From contig OZ025652.1 in assembly GCA_964019335.1 (NCBI GenBank), positions 372,001 through 436,000 on the forward strand: 64,000 bases of DNA, read 5' to 3'. Position numbers and translations under genes: made by a program. Each line of letters begins with the position of its first letter. Within the stretch, counting starts at the first letter, position 1. The notes below the pieces were generated by a model, which was given only the letters and a program-made list of their open reading frames with translations, was not told the DNA's origin and made no database searches. Shown piece by piece: positions 34,064 to 46,072 of this stretch. Origin of the DNA: Diplonema japonicum. Its lineage: Eukaryota; Protista; Euglenozoa: Diplonemea.

Positions 34064-37000
34064 CTACCTTACACGGTAAGCAGCACGTCCGAGCTGTAAA
34101 AATTTTTTTTTTTCAATTTTTTTTTTTTTTTCCCCATATAAAACACATACCTTTGCATCCCTGTGCCTAACTGCAATAACAACCATCTGCTCTAGGTATT
34201 CAGTGTTCGCGAGGATTTCATCGTCTGTTTCGAGAGATTCCTTGATGTCATTGGACATCAAGTCGTAACAGATAATCATAGTCTTAATAGCATGCAGAAT
34301 TGTTGATTTGTGGTGGTCAGGGATGTGGTGCATGGCCTTGTCAAGGCCCTTCCACCTTTCACCAGACACCTGGTTGAACTTAGTCACGTCAATAATCACC
34401 CTCTTGATGCTCATGTGTGCCTCCAGGAAAATCTTCGTGACAGGGAGCTGCTTTGATGTCTGATCCCTGATCTTCTGGATCAGTGTGTAGTCGAGGTGGT
34501 AGTTCAAACACTTCGCCTTCAACATTGCCATCACGTCCTCAACCATCTCTGTCTTTGCCTTCTCCACCTTCTCCTCTTCGCCCTTCAGCTTCTTTTCAAG
34601 CTTCGCTTCGAGATCAACAAGCTCATCAGCGGCCTTCTGCTTCCTGTAGAAATGTTTTTTTTTTTTTTTCTCTTTTCGTTGTGTACCTCTCCTCTGCCTT
34701 TGCTTTGGCTTCTCTTGCCTTCTCGATCTCTTTCCTCTTGTTGTCCAACACCTTCAGCCTCTCCAGGACGATCTTCTTAGCCTCGTACTGCTCGGAAAGG
34801 TCCCTGTTCTTCTCCTCCTCCAAAGCGATTTTCCGCTTCAGCTTTTCCTTGCTCTCCTGCTTGTAGTACGCGTAGAGCTTGTCGTAGTAGCGCGCCATCA
34901 GCACCTGGTCGGTCTTCCCACCGAAGATGTCGCAGATCTGTGGGGTTGAAGTTGTAAAGAAACGTTATGAGCGCATACCACGCCACGCCTGTTCTTTCTG
35001 ATCTGCATCTGTGTGTGAAGGCGGAGCTTGCGGTAGTAGCACATCATGGACCCCCTGTTCGATGTCCCGAACAGGATCTCGGCGGACTTCAACTTCCTGG
35101 CCATCTTCAGCCTGTACAGCCTGTACGAGCGCAGTTTGAAGTAGTAGTGCTGCATGACCCCCTTGTTTGTCACTCTCGCCAGGTTGTCGGCAACGACCTG
35201 CCTCTTCTTTCTGCGCACAAGCACGTCGAGGTACTTCCTCCACTTCTTCCACGTCAGCCTGCGGAGCCCGTCGTGCGAGTGCGCCGCGATGACCTCCGCC
35301 ATCTCCAGCGTGGTCTGTTCCCTCTTCTTCACCATCGCGTGGCACTTCATTTTCTTCCAGTACAGCAGCTGCAACGCCCTGTTATTGCTGACAAGCACAC
35401 CCCTGGCCATCGCCTTCTTTCTTCTGATGTCCTTGTTCTGCAGGAGGTATCTTTCAAGCTTCTGGAAGCACAAGAACATCTGCCCCTTGCTCGTGCTTGC
35501 CAGCAGCATCTCGGCGATTTTCTCCCTGCGTTTCTTCTGCCTGTTAACCGACAGCCACCTGTGCCATTTATGCAGGTACGCCCTTGTCAGCCCCCAGGCA
35601 CATGTGCTCTCGAGCGCAGAGGACAGCTCGTTCTTTCTGCGCGTGTCGATCGACTGTAGGGAGGGGAGGTTGTGCTGTTTCGGAAATGCATACCTCAAGC
35701 TTCATGATGAGCTCCTTCCACTTGGCGATCTCGACAAGGTCCTGGTTGATGATGCTCTCCATCCCGTCGATGGTCTGCTGCACTGCGTCCTCCATCTTGT
35801 TGACGGCGGAGTACCAGATCCTGTTCTTGCCGTTGGCGGCGAGCGACCAGAGCTTCACAGCTGCGGGGGTGGGGTACGGGGTACAGCAAAGCACATACCG
35901 TCGATGGTGCAGAAGGATCTGAGGCAGATGATGGGGGGACCCTCGTGGTCCTTGAGGGTCATGACGTGCTTGAAGTCCTGTGGTGGGTGTGGTGGTGTTG
36001 GGAAGTGTCATACATTCTCGGGGATGGACTCCCACACGTGCATGATACCGTTGGCGTCAGCGGACCAGAACCTGTGTGCCACGGGGTCGCCGATCAGGGC
36101 GGTGACTGCGGAGCTGTGGGCGAGGTTTGAGTTGATGCCCAGCTCCCAGATGCATTCACCGTGCTCCATGTTCCAGGCCTTGATGGTGCAGTCCTTGGAG
36201 GCGGAGAACAGGTAGCCGTCTTGCACGAGCAGCGCGTTGATGGCGTCGGTGTGGCCGACGAATTCACGGATTTCCTGCGAGGCACCTGCCTCGGTGTCAA
36301 GGCACCTGATGATCTTGTCGTCGCCAGCGCAGAAGAGGTTGTACCCGTAGCACGCGATGCAGCGGATCATTTCGGGCGAATTTCTAAGCGACTGCATGAG
36401 AGCAAAGGAGTTGTGTTCCGTGTCCCATTTGACGATGGAGCCGTCTGTCGAGGCGGAGAACACCTTACCATCGAAGGTGCTGGTGAAGCACGACACAGAG
36501 CCTTGGTGGTGGGTTGCCTCGGAGACAAGGATGTAGACAAGATGGTCGTAGATGCGAACGGTACCATCGTTCAGACCAACCCACATGTGGCTTTCGGTGG
36601 CGAAGAGCGAGTCAACGTAGAGGCCGCCCGACTCTGCAAGGTGGTGCACGATCTTTCCTGTCATCCCGTTGCGTACGGAGATGGTCCCGTCGTTGTCACC
36701 CGTCCAGACAGTGGCGCCGCCCTGGGTCAGCTCAAGGCATCTGATGCTGCCACTGAATTCATGGATCACCCTGATGGGGTCGAAATCCCTTTCTACCTTC
36801 TTCTTAGGGACAGCCCTTGGGGGTGTTAACAATGGTTTGTCTGTGATCTTCAGAGCCTCGTCCTCCTGAAGCTTGTGGTAGTCTCCAAGTTTGTACCTCT
36901 GCCCTTGAGACACAGCAGCCATGAACTTCTTTTCAAGCTTCATTCTCTGTACTCTCTTCATGTTTTCGTTCATCTCCCTCTCCCTATGCCCTGGCAGATT

Positions 37001-37084
37001 GAAGAGCCTGTCATGCATAGTCGTCCTGCTGCTTTCCCTCCCCGGGGATATGTCATGATCGCGGGGCACCTCTCCTTCACTCAT
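34064..37084 (-). CDS. WD40-repeat protein with helical (Sfi1-like) repeats and coiled coil, 7 exons
   Basis: Exons 37084-36014, 35977-35899, 35860-35694, 35653-34979, 34937-34687, 34643-34151, 34093-34064 all join in frame. WD motifs such as GHTDAINAL..LFSASKDCTIKAW. Confidence 0.8.
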
Positions 37085-38512
37085 TGCTTACTTTAATGTA
37101 ATTCCTATGTGGGGGGGAAGGTGTGGGTTCTTAAGCAAAAAAGAGAGAATGAGAAAAAAGCATTTTTTAAAATAGAGGGGGGGGGGTGGAAAGAGGGGTT
37201 TGTTTTTTTGTTTTTTTAAAGTTTCTTTTTTTTTTTTTCCTCTTTTCGGTTTGTATCACACTTCGTAGAAATTTTGAAGGAAAAATAAATGGAGGGGGGG
37301 AAAAAAAGGCAAGAAAGAAAGAAAGAAAAAAAGAAAAAAAAATAGATACAATATGACCAGTGCTTGCGAGGGGGGGAGGGGAGGGGGTGTGTGTTTTTTT
37401 TTTTACCCTCCCCTTTCTTTTTATGCTATAACACAGACACCCCTATACGAAGGAGCATCTATAGTATTTACATAAAAAAAGAAGAAAAATAAACAGAGAG
37501 AAAGGAGGCCAGTGTTGGTGGCGCTCTGCAAAAGTACTGTCTACTTGATTACACCCCCCCACCCTAAGAATATACCTCCCTCTCTTTTCTTCTTTTCTTT
37601 TTCACCAATTACCTAATTTCCTTAATATTTTAAGGAAACGGTATAACTTTCTCTGGTCGGGAATTGTTTTTTTTTTTGTGGTTTTTTTTTTTTTTTCGAA
37701 CTTAACTCTTAAAAGAGGGGGACACTTTTATTTCTTTTTTGCTGAAAAAGAAACGGAGGGGGGGAGGGGAAATGGCCGTAACAAGGGATGAAAGGGAGTG
37801 GGGGAAGGATAAAAGAGGGATATAAAAAAAAAAAAGAAATATACATGCGGTATGCTATTTCTCCTTTTCTCTTTTTTTCTTTTTAAAAATTGTTTTTTTT
37901 TTTGTCAATAAAAAGGTATTTCCACCAACACGAGTTTCTAGCATATTTCTGTATTTTTTTGGTATTTTATTCTGAAAAGAGGCTGTTCCTTTCATTTTTT
38001 CTTTTTTAACTGCGTGTGCCACCACATAAGAATAATTTTTTTTTAAAGAAAACCCAATACCATTCATCCCCTTTTGTTTCTTCATTTTTGAAACATAAAA
38101 GGGGAAAGGTAAAAAGAAGAAAAAAAAGTAGGCAAAATAAAATAAAATAAAATAAAGTAAACCCAGGTGAATTCTCAATTGAGAAAGAAGAAAAAGAAGG
38201 AAACAAAAAAGCTTTAAAAAAAACTAGAAACTTCTTCTTGCACTTTTTCTTTTCTTTTTCATTTATTTCCTCTCCCCTTTCTCAAATAAGTTTCACTACT
38301 TGTTTTCTTTTCAATAATCTCCAGCTTTTCCTCCCCCCATTCTCTCCCGCTACTTTCCTTTCATTCCCCTCCTTTGTTGGTGTTCTCCAGTCCTTTGACT
38401 GGGAAACAGACAGGGACTAAATAGGAAAGTTAAGGAGAAAAGAGAGAAAAAGTAACGTGGAAACAAGAAAAAGAAAAGATCAACCCCCTTTGCCCTTGGG
38501 GACTAATCATGC

Positions 38513-38546
<34 letters not shown>

Positions 38547-38601
38547 CAAAAATATTTTTTTTTTTTTTCGTCTTTTTTATTTTATTTTATTGTCGTCTCA
38601 C

Positions 38602-38623
38602 CTAGCTCTCGGACTTAGATTCG

Positions 38624-38654
<31 letters not shown>

Positions 38655-40341
38655 GGTGTTCCCTCCTCTCCAATAATAAATACCTTAAGCACAACCATAG
38701 CCTCCTTAATCTTGGCTTCCAGGACAGCAGGGGACTCCAGCAGGTTCAAGGTCTCGCTGACATCCATCTCCAGAAGCATACCTTATTTTTTGTTTTGTTT
38801 TTTTCCCCACTTCATTTTTCCATACCAGTGATCTTAGCAGAAAGCTCAGGGTGCGAGGAGTGGATCTTGTGGTAGAGCTGCTCGCCAAGGGCGTTCTTCT
38901 GGTCCTGAGGGGACATGGCGGCGAGCGCCTCAGCGGTGAGCACACCGCTTTCAGGGTCCTTCTGGTGGATGGTCTGTGTCTGGCGTTGGGGGGCACCGCC
39001 GCCCCTAGGCCCGCCTCGCCCACCCCTGGTGTACCCACCACGGGAAGACATTCCTCTTGAGGCGCCCTTGCCACCACGGCCTGAGAAGGGCATACCCTTG
39101 CCTCCGTAGTAGCCACCGACACCCCCGTAGTACATGGGGTTGTAGTACCCAGGGCTGGGCGGCATGAATGCGTGGGGGGGCATGGACCTTCTCTGTGCGT
39201 ACTGGAGCTCGAGCATGGACCTGCGGGCGTCCTTCCTCTGCGCCACGTTGACGTAGAGGGGCTTCGAGCCGAACATCTTGCCGTTCATCTCCAACAGGCC
39301 CTTCTGCGCCTGCTCGGCCTTCTTGTAGCACACGAAACCGAAGCCCTTTGTCTGCTTGTTGTTGAACTCCCTCATGATGACGCATGAGGTCACCTCGCCG
39401 AACGCCCCGAATAGCTTCTTCAGCTCCTCCTCGTTGATGTTCTCGTCGAGGTTCTTGACGTACAGGTTGTTGGCGGGGGGGAACTGGCGCCTCGCCTTCT
39501 CTGCGAGGAAGCGCTTCCTGATCTCGATGTCACGCTCGGCCCTCTTCATGGCACGCTGCACGTACAGCTTGTTGCCATTGACGGAGATGCCTTCGACCTC
39601 CTTCCCGTGGCATTCCTCGATCGCTTTGACAGCGTTCTCGTGGGTAGCGAAGTTCACAAACCCGAAGGACTTGTCGAGCCTGGGCTCCCTCTTGGTGCAT
39701 GCTGAGGTGACTTCACCGAACTTGCTGAACTTTTCCTTGAGTTCAGTGGCGTCGAGCTCAAGCATTTCCTTGATGTACACGTTGGTGAAGCGGGTCAAGA
39801 GACCGGACTGCCTTTGGGAGCGCTTGACAAATGGCCCGACGAAGACCTTCTGGTCCTGGAGCATCATGCCGTTCATCTCCTCGACAGCCTTCTTGGATGC
39901 ATCTTCGGTTTCGAAGTGGACGAACCCGTACCCCTTGGACTCTCCACTGTCAGAGAACACCACTTTGCACGACAGGATGTTCCCAAAGCTGGAGAAGGTG
40001 TCGTAAAGCGCCTTGTTGTCGATGGATGTGTGGAGGTTCTTCACGAAGACGTTGCCGACCCCGGAGCGTCTGGTGGCGGGGTCTCGCTGGGACCACATAA
40101 TTCTCATCGGCCTTTCATGGATGAGGATGTGGTTCTGGGTGTCGATGGCCCTCTCGGCATCAATGGGGTTCTGGAAGTTGACGTACGCGTAGCCCAGAGA
40201 CGCCCTAGTTAGCGAGTCCCTGCAAACCCTAATCGAGATGATAGGCCCCAGATCTTTGAAAACATCGAACAGCACTGCTTCGGTGACATCGCTGTGAATG
40301 TCACCGACATACAGCGAACCGCTTCCCGATAGGGACGACAT
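38602..40341 (-). CDS. PABP: Cytoplasmic poly(A)-binding protein (4 RRM + MLLE), 3 exons
   Basis: SLGYAYVNF, SKGYGFVHF, KGFGFVCY. Splicing of 38782-38825 recreates KITGMLLE; last intron 38629-38683. Confidence 0.97.
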
Positions 40342-41458
40342 GTGAGAAGGTTTATAAAGGAGTTTTTCAATGAGGCAGGGTGGGGGAAAAAGTTGCGCGG
40401 GAAAGGGGTGGGGTGGGGGGGGCCCTATTTTTATTATTACTTTTTTTTTTCCTTTTTCTGCAACAGAAAAAAAAAAAAGAGGAGGCAATTCAAGGAAAGA
40501 ACGAGAGAAGGGGGAAAAAAAAAGTGCTACAAAAAACTACACAAATCCAAGAAGGTTCCCCCTTTTATTTCCTCCTCTCACAGCATAAGAACCCAAGGCA
40601 GCGACGAAACTCAGGGGTATTGTGAACACAGCCCTGAGTAATGCAAATTCGAAGTTAGGCAGTTGGTGCAAGTAAAACACTGTGCGTCTTTGATAGGAAA
40701 GAGTGTGGCAACACACAAGGTTTTCCACGATATCCGGCCCGGGATAGGTGTACAAAAGAAAAAAAAGAAATAACAGGAAAGAATTGAAGGAAATAGTGAA
40801 GGAGAAGGGAAAAAAAAAGAAGGAAAAAAAAAAAAAAAGATACGTAACAGATAGTACACTTTGAAATAATAAAAAACGGAAGGAGGGAGAAAAGGAAGAA
40901 AGAAAAAAAAAATTCTTTTCTCGATGCCACTCGGCTTTACTTTTTTCTTCTTCTTTTGCGCCCCTCTCCACCACCTTCCCTTACCTCATTTGTTTCTTGA
41001 CTTTACTTTTGCATTCCCCTCATTCTTAAGGAAAAAAGAAAGAAATACTTAAAAGAGGTACAATCACCCCCCTTTTTTTTCGTCCCTTCGCCCTCCCCCA
41101 CCCCTTTTTTCTCTTTCTTCCCCTCCTTTTTTTTTTCTCTCCCTTCTGCCTTCCTCTATTCGGAAGAAACAGGGGTATATAACAGAAAGACAATTGAGGA
41201 TAAAATTAAAAATAAATAAAAAAAAACCACAAGGCAAAAGACAGCACAGAAGAGAAAAAAAACAAGGTAACAAATATCTATTGTTCTGAATGGGGACAGA
41301 AAAGAAATATTAAAAAAAAATCAAGAGGGGGGGGTGTGTGTTGTGCGGGCGCCAGACTGCTAAACAAGGGACCACCAATATACGAAACTAATAGTTTTTT
41401 TTTGGGGGGGGGAAGAGAGCGGGAAAAAAAAAACTGAGCAGTTTTTTTTTTTTTTTTT

Positions 41459-42341
41459 TTATGTTGGCGCGGGGGTAACATTGTTATTGTCGTCCTGCGG
41501 GTATTTTTTTTTTCCCCCCCTTCTCTTTTTGCACTGTAAACATACTTTCTTCAGAACAAAGTGGAACACGATTGCAATGACTATACCAACAACAAGGAGG
41601 AAGAGAAAACACAGGATCATCTTATCGGTAGCCATCCGCCTCACGAACGCATTAAGCTCCCTCTTCGCCCTTGTGATATCGTCACCAAGCTCATTTAATT
41701 TGTCGTCGATGGCTTGCATCGTTTCAGTTTGGTTATTTAATTCTGTTGTCGTTTCCGCAGCCAGTTTTTCGGTTTTCGCGAGAGTTGATTCCATGTTTGC
41801 AACAGACTTCAGGGACTTGTCCTGGTGGCCTTGGATGCGGCCGTGGATTGCCCTCACTTCATTCTTTCCATCGTCTTGGGGTGCTATGCTGTCCGCGAAC
41901 GTTACGGTTCCTTCAGATCTAATTTTTTTGGGGGGGTGAGGGGTGAGGGGTGAGGGGTGAGAAATCATACAAATCTTCACTTTTTAACTGCTGCAGAGTT
42001 AAGTTAAGTTTTGCCAGATTGTCGGAATGCAGTTTTACTTTCTTCTCGAACCTTGGTTTGTCCGAGTTTGCAAGGCCTCGGACTTCAACCTTTTTTTTTT
42101 TTTTTTTTTTTTTATTTTAAATTTCCCCAACGGCAATTACCTTAAGAGAATGGAGCTTCTTTTTGCAGTCTCGAAGCACAGAAGCTGCTGTTCTGAGAGT
42201 ACTTTCCCTTTCCGCGCCGCGTTGCGATCGGGCTTTCTCCAGTATTTGTTCCACCTTTTTTTTTTTTTCTTCTTTTTTGCATTTGCACACCTCGTCTATT
42301 AGGTCACCAACTGCATCATCATAAACAACTGCCGCAGACAT
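41459..42341 (-). CDS. Qb-SNARE, NPSN/Vti1-like, 5 exons
   Basis: Exons 42341-42291, 42254-42141, 42089-41971, 41918-41546, 41494-41459. SNARE helix with central Q, RRMATDK, C-terminal TM. Confidence 0.8.
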
Positions 42342-42716
42342 TTTTTTCTTTTTCCCGCCTTCTTCCCACCTTTTTTTCTCTTTTTTTTTTTCTTCAAAAA
42401 AGAAGAGAAAACCTGAATAAAAATATAAAGAAAATAAATCCGGGAAAAGGTCCCCCCCCCCCCCCCCCCCCGCTCGATTCTTTTTTTTTCCTTTTTCCAT
42501 TTTTATTCTTCTAAACCAATTTTTTTTTCTAACCTTTTCTTTTGGAGCGTACTGAAGGGGGGGATAATAAAAATAAAAGGGGCAAAAAAAATTCGAAAAA
42601 AAAAAAAAATAAACCAATTTTTGTGATTACAGCCGGCTTAGCTTGCAAAAGAAAAAAAAAATACAAACCCGTGTCACCAAGAACAACACGATGTATCTGA
42701 GGAGCCAAAAGAAAAA

Positions 42717-42747
<31 letters not shown>

Positions 42748-43024
42748 GAAAACAAAATCTGAATTTTTTTTTTTTAAATTGCCAATTTCTAGAAGAAAAA
42801 CTCATCCCAAAGAGGAAAAAAAAAAAAAAAAAACGAGATAAGAAGGGGAATGCAGGGAAGGAAGGATGTCTTTCAAAGTAGGGCAACCCCGTTTTCGTTT
42901 TTTTTTTTTTTCTTTTTTTTTTCTTTTTTTTCTTATCAAAGATTTTTTTTGTAACCGAAACCAAATAACATAAATAACTCCTCCCCCCCCCCCCCCCTCC
43001 CCACTACTTCTCTTCCTTTCCCAC

Positions 43025-45728
43025 TCATGGCACTGTGCCACCAGGCAAAGGGGGGAAATGATGTGTGTCAGACAGGACATCGCTTGTCTTCACAGGAGGC
43101 ACTGTGGGGGCTACAGTATTGCTGTTGCTGCTGCCGCTGTTACTTGACCTTTTGGTTTCTTTTTTTTTTTTTTTCCCTCTCTCCCTTCTCCTCACAGCAT
43201 ACTTGTCAAAGTTTCTTTGCCTCCTTTCCTGCTGTTTGTGTTGCTGAGCCGGCCCTTGGCCACCTCCACTGAAGTTTGTTGGAGTGCCGTTCTGACTACC
43301 TTTTAAAAAAAAAAAAAAAAAAAAAAACTTATATCCCACCCCCCTTTTTGTCATCGCACACCATCCTTCTTCCTCCCCGAATGCTGTTGCACCCTATGGT
43401 GATGCATATGAGGGTGGTGGTGGTGGTGGTGGTGGTGGTGCGGAGTTGTCTGTGGGTACTGCAACTGAAGAGGGTGTTGATGCGATGGGTGGTGATGGTG
43501 ATGGTGATGGTGATGATGGTGGTGGTGATGGTGATGGTGATGGTGGTGATGCGGTGCTTGGTGCATCCCGTGTCCCTGGTGCAGCAGAGGGTGGTGGTGA
43601 TGATGATGCATATCCGATCCCTCCATATCCTGCTGCAAAAAAATAAATAAAAATCTTTTTTTTTTTTTCTTTCATACCCCATTCAACGAGTAATCGTACA
43701 GCGAAGGCTCATAACCAGGAACCCCGTTCCCCCTCCACCAATATCCTTGCGATCCCAACAATGAGGGGTCTTGGTGTTGTGGCAGCAGGTCTTGGTTTAA
43801 TGTGGTGGGTATTATGATCCCTGTCGTGCCTGGTTTGTGTTTAAAAAAAAAAAAAACACCCCAAAATACCAGTGTTGGTGAAGTTTGGGAAGGGTCCCCA
43901 GACTTTCCCACCAGGAGTCTGCACGCCAACTGCATTCATGGAAGATGTCTGTGTCCCTCGTGATCTTGCCAGGGCTTGCATGAAGTCTGCGTTATTCATC
44001 CCCAGCGTAAGGCCGATGTTGGGCACACTCGCAGGAGCAGCCACAAGAACTGAGGGCGCTGCCACCGGCGGGAGGGCCTCCCCCTGTTCCTTCAAAGTCC
44101 TCTTGTTTATGACAGCAGAGCACCTTCTAAAGAAACATTTCACCACGCTCATCTCCTCAGGCGGAACCCGGTGCGCATACACTATCTTGGGTATGCTGTC
44201 CGTCCTTCTGTGCCGCACCCATTTTGAAATCCACAGTTTTTCTTGATCTACAAAAAAAGGGGGGGTATTTTTTTTTTTTTTTGTTTTGTTTTTTTTTCCC
44301 CCCCCGTCACATACATGAAGCCGTTCTCTGAGCCGATGGCCCCATTTTGTGGCATAAATATTGAAGTTCAATAGAAGATTGTCTGAAAGCAGACTGGACC
44401 CTGCTCCCGTTGCCCCGTGAAATGGAGCGACCAAGGTTGTTATTCTGCCTCAAAGGGTCCATTATGTTGTGCGATCTAATCGGAAAATGCATAGGTTCCA
44501 GTGCAGTTATATTGATGATCTCCTCTGCAGTGGCTGCCGCTAAAGTCGGGCTCACTGCTTGTGTTGCCTCCCGCTCCTCCATGGTCATTTCACCAGAGGA
44601 TGTGTTCGAGGGCGACAGTGGGTCGGCTTCTGATTTTTGCTCGCATTGCGTTCCCACGTCGACCACCAAATCATCGCATTCCGGCTGCAGCGTCTGCGAG
44701 CCTTGGCTCACGCCTGCGGGCTCTTTCTCTTCATCGTCTTTTTGTTCCTCGCTTTTCTCTTGTACCTCCTTCCTCTGTGCCTCTTCTTCTTTCCTTTTCG
44801 CTTCGTCGTCCTCGTTCTTCGCCTCCTCGACGATCGCCTGTCTTACCCCTGTCTCCGAAAACCTTTTTCGGCATTCTCTGAAAAAATCATGGTCTAACTT
44901 TCCAGGTAGATGGTGCCACAGTTCTGTTGAAGCGCATGCTAGAGAAATCGTTGCGGCGATGGCTGCCACAGTGTGTTCCGGGAGGGGTGTCTTCACGATG
45001 CACACAGAACCCAGAACAGAAACGGCCTGGGAGGAGAAATCAAAAGCGGCGTAGTATTCAAGGAACCTAAGCAGGATATCAAAGGAGGTGAGGGTGGGGA
45101 GGACAGGAGGTGAAATTTGCTGGAAAACAGCGATGAGCATCACGGTGATGGAGTACGAACCGAGAAGGCCGCAGTTTGCCCCCAAGACGTGGGCCTCGCA
45201 ACTCGCCCATCCCTTAATGAGGACAAGCGACCGCTTGAAAATATCGTCGCATCCTATCAGAGTGTTGACCTCTTCCAGGAACTGGATTGTCGTGAGACCT
45301 CCGTACTGGTCTATGGTGACGTCGACCTGCAATCCGTCTATCACACACTTCACAAGCTTCACCTCTGCGTTGATGAGCTCAGCAGGCTGGGAAATCATGG
45401 ACGGCAGGATGTCGTTCACAAGCGTTCGTAGCACCTCCAGCTCCCTGCTCCGCACCGAGCCCGTCTCAGGCGGAGCGTACTGACACAATGTGATATCGAT
45501 GTCACCATCTGGTAGATAGGTCTTCAACTTTGTACTCCCGAACAGCTCCACCTTCACCCCCTCTAACCGCTTCTTCACATTTGCCGAAATCCTCTCCACT
45601 ACCTCCATCCTGTGGCTGTAACTCTGGTCTGTCCATTGCAGCTTCTTGCAAAACCCTTCCATCTCATGGTGGACTGGATGGTCCCTGGGGGGGACGATGA
45701 ACCCCGGCTTCCAACTGTCATCTGACAT
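43025..45728 (-). CDS. Non-canonical poly(A) polymerase-like nucleotidyltransferase (PAP/OAS1 type) with His-rich tail, 6 exons
   Basis: FGSTKLKTYLPDGDIDI, INAEVKLVKC, FKRSLVLIKGW, IMDPLRQNNNLGRS. Introns 44248-44314, 43830-43869, 43633-43677, 43300-43361, 43149-43202. Confidence 0.85.
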
Positions 45729-45785
45729 TCCCCTTCCCCCCGTCTGGAAGAAATGGTCAAAGCTTTTACAAAAAAAAACTTTTTC

Positions 45786-45839
45786 TTAAAGGTGTCGTTG
45801 AAGGGAACCTGCGGTGTGTGACAGGGTCTTAACCTTTAA
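45786..45839. repeat. Mini-palindrome family, copy 3, bounded by TTAA-AGGT...ACCT-TTAA
   Basis: TTAAAGGTGTCGTTGAAGGGAACCTGCGGTGTGTGACAGGGTCTTAACCTTTAA. Confidence 0.7.
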
Positions 45840-45934
45840 AACTGAAAAGAAAAAAAAAATTCGATAAAGCTTCAGTGTGCAGGGTCCATGTTCAAGAGGT
45901 TCACACTCGGGGCAGTTTGGCTCGAAGAGAAAAG

Positions 45935-46065
45935 GGGCGTGCAAGAGGAAACACGTTAAAATGAGGTTAACACCTCATCAAAGGATAAGCCTAGCACTCA
46001 AATACAGGGCGCACCTCGGCTGAGCAACACAGCTGATGTACTTCTTTATATCTCCATGATATCCA
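45935..46065. mobile_element. Degenerate dispersed repeat (SINE/SIDER-like), internally deleted copy
   Basis: TACAGGGCGCACCTCGGCTGAGCA is fused to ACACAGCTGATGTACTTCTT; these match 61659-61684 and 61861-61882. Confidence 0.65.
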
Positions 46066-46072
46066 ATTGTTT

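Noticed and set aside
40603-40641. CGAAAC-stem-GTA hammerhead half
   Set aside because: No CUGANGA segment on either side.
41933-41961. (GGGGTGA)n telomere-like repeat; also (TCAGGG)n at 30543-30569
   Set aside because: Only about 4 units inside an intron; the other encodes the DP repeat of a CDS.
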